DNA of 64,000 bases from NCBI GenBank assembly GCA_964016885.1, contig OZ024743.1, forward strand, positions 118,606,001-118,670,000, written 5' to 3'. Shown here piece after piece: positions 57,654-64,000 of the stretch. The DNA is from Eledone cirrhosa (taxonomy: Eukaryota). The notes beneath the pieces are model-generated. The model did not search any database and was not told the origin of the DNA. It saw nothing but the letters and a program-made list of their open reading frames with translations. Within the stretch, counting starts at the first letter, position 1. Each line of letters begins with the position of its first letter. Both the position numbers and the translations under genes were made by a program.

Positions 57654-59952
57654 CATAATGTATTTTAGATCAATAGGTTTCACATAGTTGCTGATCAAAT
57701 GTCAGCCTCTATTTTAAATTTGTATTGCAAGTAACTGCCACTGCGCAGGTCTCTAATGAATTTTTCTAATGCATTATGAATTGGTAATAGACTATCCGAT
57801 TAGCAGTGCATGATACTCTTTTCTAATATAGGCACATGATCTCAATGTTGATGTTGATGTAGATGCATGTTGATGTAGATGCATGAAAATCCAAATAGTT
57901 GATCAGTAATTTATTTTATCTTCACATAAATGAGGAAAAGAAAAAATCAACCGGATTGAGGTAGAAATATAAAACACAGGAAATTGTAGCTAAATAATCA
58001 TATCTGATTTAGACACAAGGCCAGCAATTTTAGGGGAAGGCAGATTAAGTCAATCCCAGTGCATTACTGGTGCTTTATTTCTTCGACCCGGTAAGAATGA
58101 AACGCGAAACTAACTTCCGCGGGATTTGAACTGAGAACAAAAAGGGCTTTAATGTTATTCTTAATCATTTGCTCTACTTACTTAGTATATAATATTGCCT
58201 TCTATATTTAGCATAAAAGCAAATCATATTTTAGCGGAATGTGGAATGATGTTTGCAAGATTTTCGTGTATTCTTAAACAGTTTAGTGGTGCATTTGAAA
58301 TATTATGAAATATAGTCAAATAAAAACGAAAATAGGCTACGATACACTCGTAGATTCATTCTGCAGTTTTACAATGTGAAGACGCCATTGAATGAGTGAG
58401 ACTCAGCATGTTCGCCTGGCTAGAACTTACTGTGATATTTTCTTCAAATAACACACTACTGCTAAAAAATGTGTACACATTGGATAATGTAATCTTAGAT
58501 ACACTGTATGAGGAGAAACTCACAAATATTCACAGCTGGAATACCTTTCGATAATGGGTTTGCTTGGTCAGAGTTGACCTGGGGTTAAAAATAAATAGCA
58601 ACATAATATTCTAAGAATTCAATAAATACAAAAAGAAACAATGAAACGAAGAAACAAATGAACCATAAACGGAAACACAGACAGAAAATTAAATTGAAAC
58701 AATCACTGTTCCGTTCTGTGATAAATTCTTGGAATATATCTCGGCTCTTTATCTGAGATTCTTCTGTCTTCGAGAGAATAAACTCATCTCAAAACTCTAT
58801 GTAGCTTCAGAATATGTTTTAACATATAGAAACAAACATGTTTAACCCCCCTCCTTCTCCTTTTTTTATAGATATTTTCTATTCATCCAGCTAGTTTCGC
58901 GATTCTTGGCATTTTTTCACAACCATGCAGTCATTCTCTCATTCCCATTTCCCCTTCTTTCTCTTTCCTTCTTCACTCACTCTTTTTTTCTCTAACCATC
59001 TTTCTTTGTACCCACATGTATACACGAAAAATACATATGTACACAATACCCCATCTCATTCACTCTAATTTTCTCTTTCTCTTCCATTAACTCGCGTCGC
59101 TTTTTGTTTCTATACATACTTCGAATGGAAAGCAAATACTGTGCGTATATTTGACGAATAGCATTCCTCTATTCTTACTTTGCTATACAATTGACAAAAT
59201 CTCGGTCAGAAAAAAAAAAGAAAAACTCTTTCATCTTCCTGTAATAACTATTACAGATGATGTCGGTAATTCTCTCTTCAAATGAAATGTGATGATAAAA
59301 TGAGAATTATACATACTTGTACGTCTTTATGTAACGCTGTTGCTTCTTTAGAGCCTTAACGTAAGTTAAACGATTCAAACCGGGAACCAATAACGACTAG
59401 ACCTGAGTCTAATTACGGATTTACACTGGTGGTGCTTGCTCCTTACATATTGATTTCTACGAGCCAACGACGGAAACTTCTGCATAGTCACTCAACCTTC
59501 TAGAAATAATAGCCAACTCTTCTTAACGTCTTAGAAACAGCGGATGCTGGTTGTAGATGGAGCTCTTTACGTCGTGGGTCTGATTCATTAGAGCTGAACT
59601 GAATCTTAAAGATAAACAACGTATTTGTTTCTTTTAGAAAGTCACAATACTAAGTTTGTATCAGAAAGGTTAGGGTAGACAATCAATTCGACTCTTTGAA
59701 TACAGCAAAGAGATGAAGAACAAAGTGAAACATGGTGCGATTTGCACAAATATTGTAAGATAATTTATCATGCACTTTAGTGTTACTACGAAATCACTAC
59801 TATACTTAAAATTTCAGTATGGATTATATATATTTCAATACGCTCCTGACAACAACAAAAAATCCACTGCCTCCAAATATAACGAGAGCTCAATAACTAT
59901 GCAGTCGAACAAAATGTATATTAAACAATAGATCATCGACAACACGTTAATA

Positions 59953-60062
59953 TAATTGTTTCTACTTTAGGCACAAGGCCAGCAATTACCCAGTGCATTA
60001 CTGGTACTTTATTTTATCGATCCCGTAAGGATGAAAGGCAAAGTCAACCTCGGCGGGATTTG
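59953..60062 (-). mobile_element. 5'-truncated SINE with target-site duplication
   Basis: cgttaatat flanks both sides (59945 and 60066). Confidence 0.8.
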
Positions 60063-60099
60063 ACGCGTTAATATGATGCTCACTTGCAAGAGCAATTGA

Positions 60100-61420
60100 A
60101 TAACTTATGGTAATTGTCCTGTAAGAGACTGCTGACCAATATTCTGGTGTACAATACAGAGGATACTATGATTTTTTAATATATATCTTCATGAAAACCT
60201 TTGTTAACGGATGATGCATCAAATATACGTTGTTACGATTTTAACATTTCTTTCCACCATTCAAGAAATTTTATATAGAAAAAGGATACTTTCTGTGATA
60301 ACTAAACAACTAGTTTCAATATGCAATTAATGAAATCGCATGAAATAATACCGTTAATGGGACATGAATGTAAGACATAAGAATCTGAATGTCAATATTC
60401 CGCAGCTTTGCAACGAAAACAAGCGTTGCAAAAAATTATGTATCTGTCTTGAATCTCTCCGTCTTTCCTTTGACATTTGCGACTGTCCTCTTTGTTACAA
60501 TTCTTACAATTCATCATGTCAAAAAATGCATCACCATTTGCAATCTTTCATTACAAATATATATAAAACAGCGGACACTAAACAACTTGTTTTCAATAGG
60601 GCTCACATCACATTATCAAGAGCAACAGCACAGGATGATAGATGTCAGTACCATCAAAATCACTTTCTAGTCCAGATCCTTTCTTTGTCTTGCTTTATGA
60701 TGTCGCTTGATAATTTCTTGTTCTCATTTGTTACGACAACATTTATACTCAGTTAGAAGCCAACACAAAATGGCAATATTAGTTTTGAAATCTGTGAAAC
60801 CTTTGGTTTTAAATTTTCAAGAGCAGAATAGTTTGAGAGATATGCAAACTCCTTCAGCTACGTATACAGGACACACGGTGAAAAGAATTAGTATTTTCCA
60901 TACATTTGTCGAAAACTGACGTGTAAATTATGACCATCTTTCGTAAACATCCATAACAGGGTACGTTGGATGATGGGTAACAATATCTTGTAAACCTTTG
61001 TTCTGTAACTTAGATATCAATCAAGACATTCTCAAATATAACAACTGTTAAAAAGACGAGAGATGTTGTACCTTTTGTATATGTCGTATGTATATAAATG
61101 GTAAATGTTTCACTGATGATATCTGCAGTTTTATATGCTTAATCGTAGCTCCAAGGTTTTACAATGTCAGATATCGTTACCCCCTCTTCACGTAATCTCT
61201 CCACATAGAAATCCCATGCTGTGTATTTAGCGTGTCATATATCACCCTATCTATCGCATTTATCATTTCATTGATGAAATATTCACACCTTCTTTAATGA
61301 TGTCTGGGAGCCTAGCATGCAATAACGACAATCTATGCAAGCAAATTATGTAATCATATTAGGAAAAAAACCAGCAACGATTACACTTTCTTGTAACATC
61401 TTTCAGTAGTAGATTTACTG
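60100..61420 (-). mobile_element. Possible Academ-like DNA transposon fossil
   Basis: Minus-strand peptide TVANVKGKTERFKTDT*FFATLVFVAKLRNIDIQILMSY and upstream DRVIY / AYLSNYS recall Academ transposase motifs. Heavily interrupted. Confidence 0.35.
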
Positions 61421-61989
61421 AGAGTTAAGATGAAATTCATGATCAAGTACCAACTCTAGTATATCGCTATAATTTTATGATCAAATCAGAGTGTATTGAT
61501 TGGCGTTCATTTCTATTAAATGTACATTCCTGACTGGCAAGTATGTTAATACAGGCATATTTCGATATAATGCAGTACGGTGTGTATGATATGATGTTAC
61601 ATTTGTTTAAATTACTTTATAACGTAATAAGATATTTCAAACTTTATATTGAGAATTTTGAACATATAACAATAATTTACCGTTCAATAATTTTAAAGTG
61701 ATATAGTTTATGTATAAATAATATTTCGAATGATATTTAGAATACAACAGGCAAATAGTAACGGATTACGACGACGCAAAGCAACTTTCAAAGATATCTA
61801 TATAGAAACTGTATTCTTGTTCATGTGGCTAATTATTTTTACATATATTTCATTACTGCACTAGTGCTTGATGAACACAACCACAAGGATATGATCCGTA
61901 CGTGGAAGAGCCGAACTTCCATTGTCATCGCCTCCACCCTCCACCCTCCACCCCCATATCTCCGTATGGTGAGCAAATGGGGTCCCACG

Positions 61990-62390
61990 TGCTGGACTTC
62001 CCACAGACCCGGCGGACAGGATGGAGAAGGCGTTTTCCCGGAGGATGGTAAGGGAGCTGTGCTGGAAGAGCCATTCCAACTCGCGAGGCTCACACGTGCG
62101 TCTGGCCCAGCTCAGTGCCTATGGTGGTGTGTAGGGAGGTAGCCCTAGGGCCAAGGACACCAAAAGTCTCCACTCTCAAGGGCACTATCGCGAACCTGTC
62201 GGAGAGCGACCGGTATTTGGAGAGTTTGGCCTCCTCAGCCCGACGTGCAGCAGAACCTGGGTTAGTCGCAGACTGCACCAGGTTGCGGCTGGAGAAAGTG
62301 TCGCTGCAAGTGGTATCCCAGACGAGGCGTTTGCCACCGCGGAACGGGAAGATGGTCATGCCTGTTGGCCTTTTGCCGTCCCCTCGGTCC
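61990..62390 (-). mobile_element. CRE-like LINE 3' fragment
   Basis: ORF 62090-62392 is homologous to ORF 5725-6198, with an internal deletion. Confidence 0.8.
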
Positions 62391-63003
62391 AATGTCCATT
62401 AAGGGATGACAATATAGTTTGACAGCAGTAGGTATTATACCATATACAAATTTCGTCAATCTGTCCCTACAAATTCATAGATATTTTTACTTACATATAT
62501 TTCTATGCCAAAGATCGATATACCGTTGTTTGACCTATCGTGCAAGAACGTTATGACTTCATTCGGTGAACGCTGCAATAATTTTCTTTTATTCATTTCA
62601 CTGTGCATTTTAAAAAAATGGGTGGCGCCTATTTTGTCATGAAATTATAATTCAATTAGTGCCGTCTTTTCCTCTTTCTCAGACATAGTGTTTTTCACAA
62701 AATTTATATGCATGTGTTTATGTTATTATGCTATTGAGTCATTTCTTTTGCACAAAGTGCAACATTACATCACAATCTGATGTACATTCCATGAAATGGC
62801 AATGATTTATTTTTGTTTCTATTTCTTCTACATGCTATGGTCTATAATTTTATTTCTTCATATATTTCTCATTCTATCATCTGATGAGAGACGAACGTCC
62901 GAAATTTTAAGAGACTTTTCTTACTTTATCAAACGTTAAACTAAACTAATATGTATCCTCGTTGTGGTGTATTGTTTTCCCCTGCATTTATTCGGTTACT
63001 TTT

Positions 63004-63062
<59 letters not shown>

Positions 63063-63068
63063 TAGTAG

Positions 63069-63454
63069 TGGTGCTCTGAAATAGCGATATATACATGAAT
63101 CTATGTATAGTATATTTGGCAATATACTGTATGTTTAATTAAAAACATTTAGAAGACCATTCGCTATTAGTTTTAAAGTAGTGACTATGTCACTTACATA
63201 TTTTCAGCGAAAGTAAGGGAGAGTGATTGACAGACTATTTCTAGCTGGTTGTCGTTTATCAAAACCACACACTCCCCTGCTTTCGCCGAAAATTATAGAA
63301 ATTTTATTCTTATAAAATTCCTGTAATAATCAGTAGCTGATTATATAGAGCGATTGTCGGTCCAGCAAAAATTAGGTATTAGGATTGGTGCTCTAAAATA
63401 GCGATGTATGCATGAATGTATGTATAGTATATTTGGCAATATACCGTATGTTTA
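63069..63454 (+). mobile_element. (TA)n-flanked element with ~69-bp direct repeats and an internal hairpin
   Basis: tggtgctct.aaatagcgat...gtatgttta at 63069-63137 and 63386-63454; hairpin ttttcagcgaaag..gggga / tcccc..ctttcgccgaaaa. Confidence 0.65.
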
Positions 63455-64000
63455 TATATATGTGTGCGTGTGTGTGGGTGTGTAGGTGGGTGTGAGTGAG
63501 AGAGGGAGAGGGGGGTGTAATTTGTATATCTAATGATATCTGGTTTGTTTAAAAATAAACATTTGAAAGCCAAAACCATTAACTATGAATTATGGAAGCT
63601 GGTAGCTAGTTACAACAGAAACGAGTAGGAAATTACCGACGGCCGTTTCTGACTCATGGTTCTTATCAAGGTAATGCTCCCCTTTACCTTGCTTTCTGCT
63701 AGAACTCAATGTAGGTGAATACGTTTAGGTTTTACGCCTATGTACATGGTCTGTTGTTTCCTTGTGCACATTGTCCATTGGCCTAGATTCTCAACCGTTG
63801 GTTTATTTACATTTTTTCTGATCACCAAGTTTAAGTTTAAAGTAAGCTAAGCATGCTCTTTTCACAAATTCAATAATGTTCATTCTTTGATTTGGTACTG
63901 AAAAAATACTGCATATATAGCAAAAAGAGTCACAGGATTGCAAACATTTTCTTCGTAATGTACACTACTGCCATTTCTTAAAATCAAACTGAAAAGAGGG

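Noticed and set aside
60364-60756. 130-aa Cys-rich plus-strand ORF
   Set aside because: No recognisable domain; likely antisense to a transposon fossil.
62877-62916. CTGATGA-gagacgaacgtcc-GAAA near (TA)n
   Set aside because: Stem II is good but stems I and III are not convincing.

Overview
AT-rich eukaryotic non-coding DNA, dense in microsatellites ((TA)n, (CA)n, (ACAT)n, (TTC)n, (ACT)n). The repeat style suggests an octopod cephalopod (inference). No intact protein-coding gene is visible: nearly all listed ORFs are translated microsatellites or decayed transposons. Recognisable elements: about 15 copies of a tRNA-derived SINE; decayed LINE pieces (three CRE-like, one R4/Dong-like, one RTE); two Penelope-like elements (PLEs) with RT plus C-terminal GIY-YIG; a TA-flanked MITE; a possible Academ-like fossil; one candidate host exon. 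The main signal is a recurring architecture between (TA)n tracts. More than 15 short inserts from many unrelated sequence families are near-perfect fold-back hairpins or carry short direct repeats (pseudo-LTRs). Many contain type-I hammerhead ribozyme motifs read by eye, often in both polarities, including a compensated U3:A8 core variant. Several share a one-sided extension with an RAGYRCTC motif at nearly fixed spacing. One hairpin family is the terminus of the PLE at 48.2-50.9 kb. All folds and alignments were made by eye and none has been computed.
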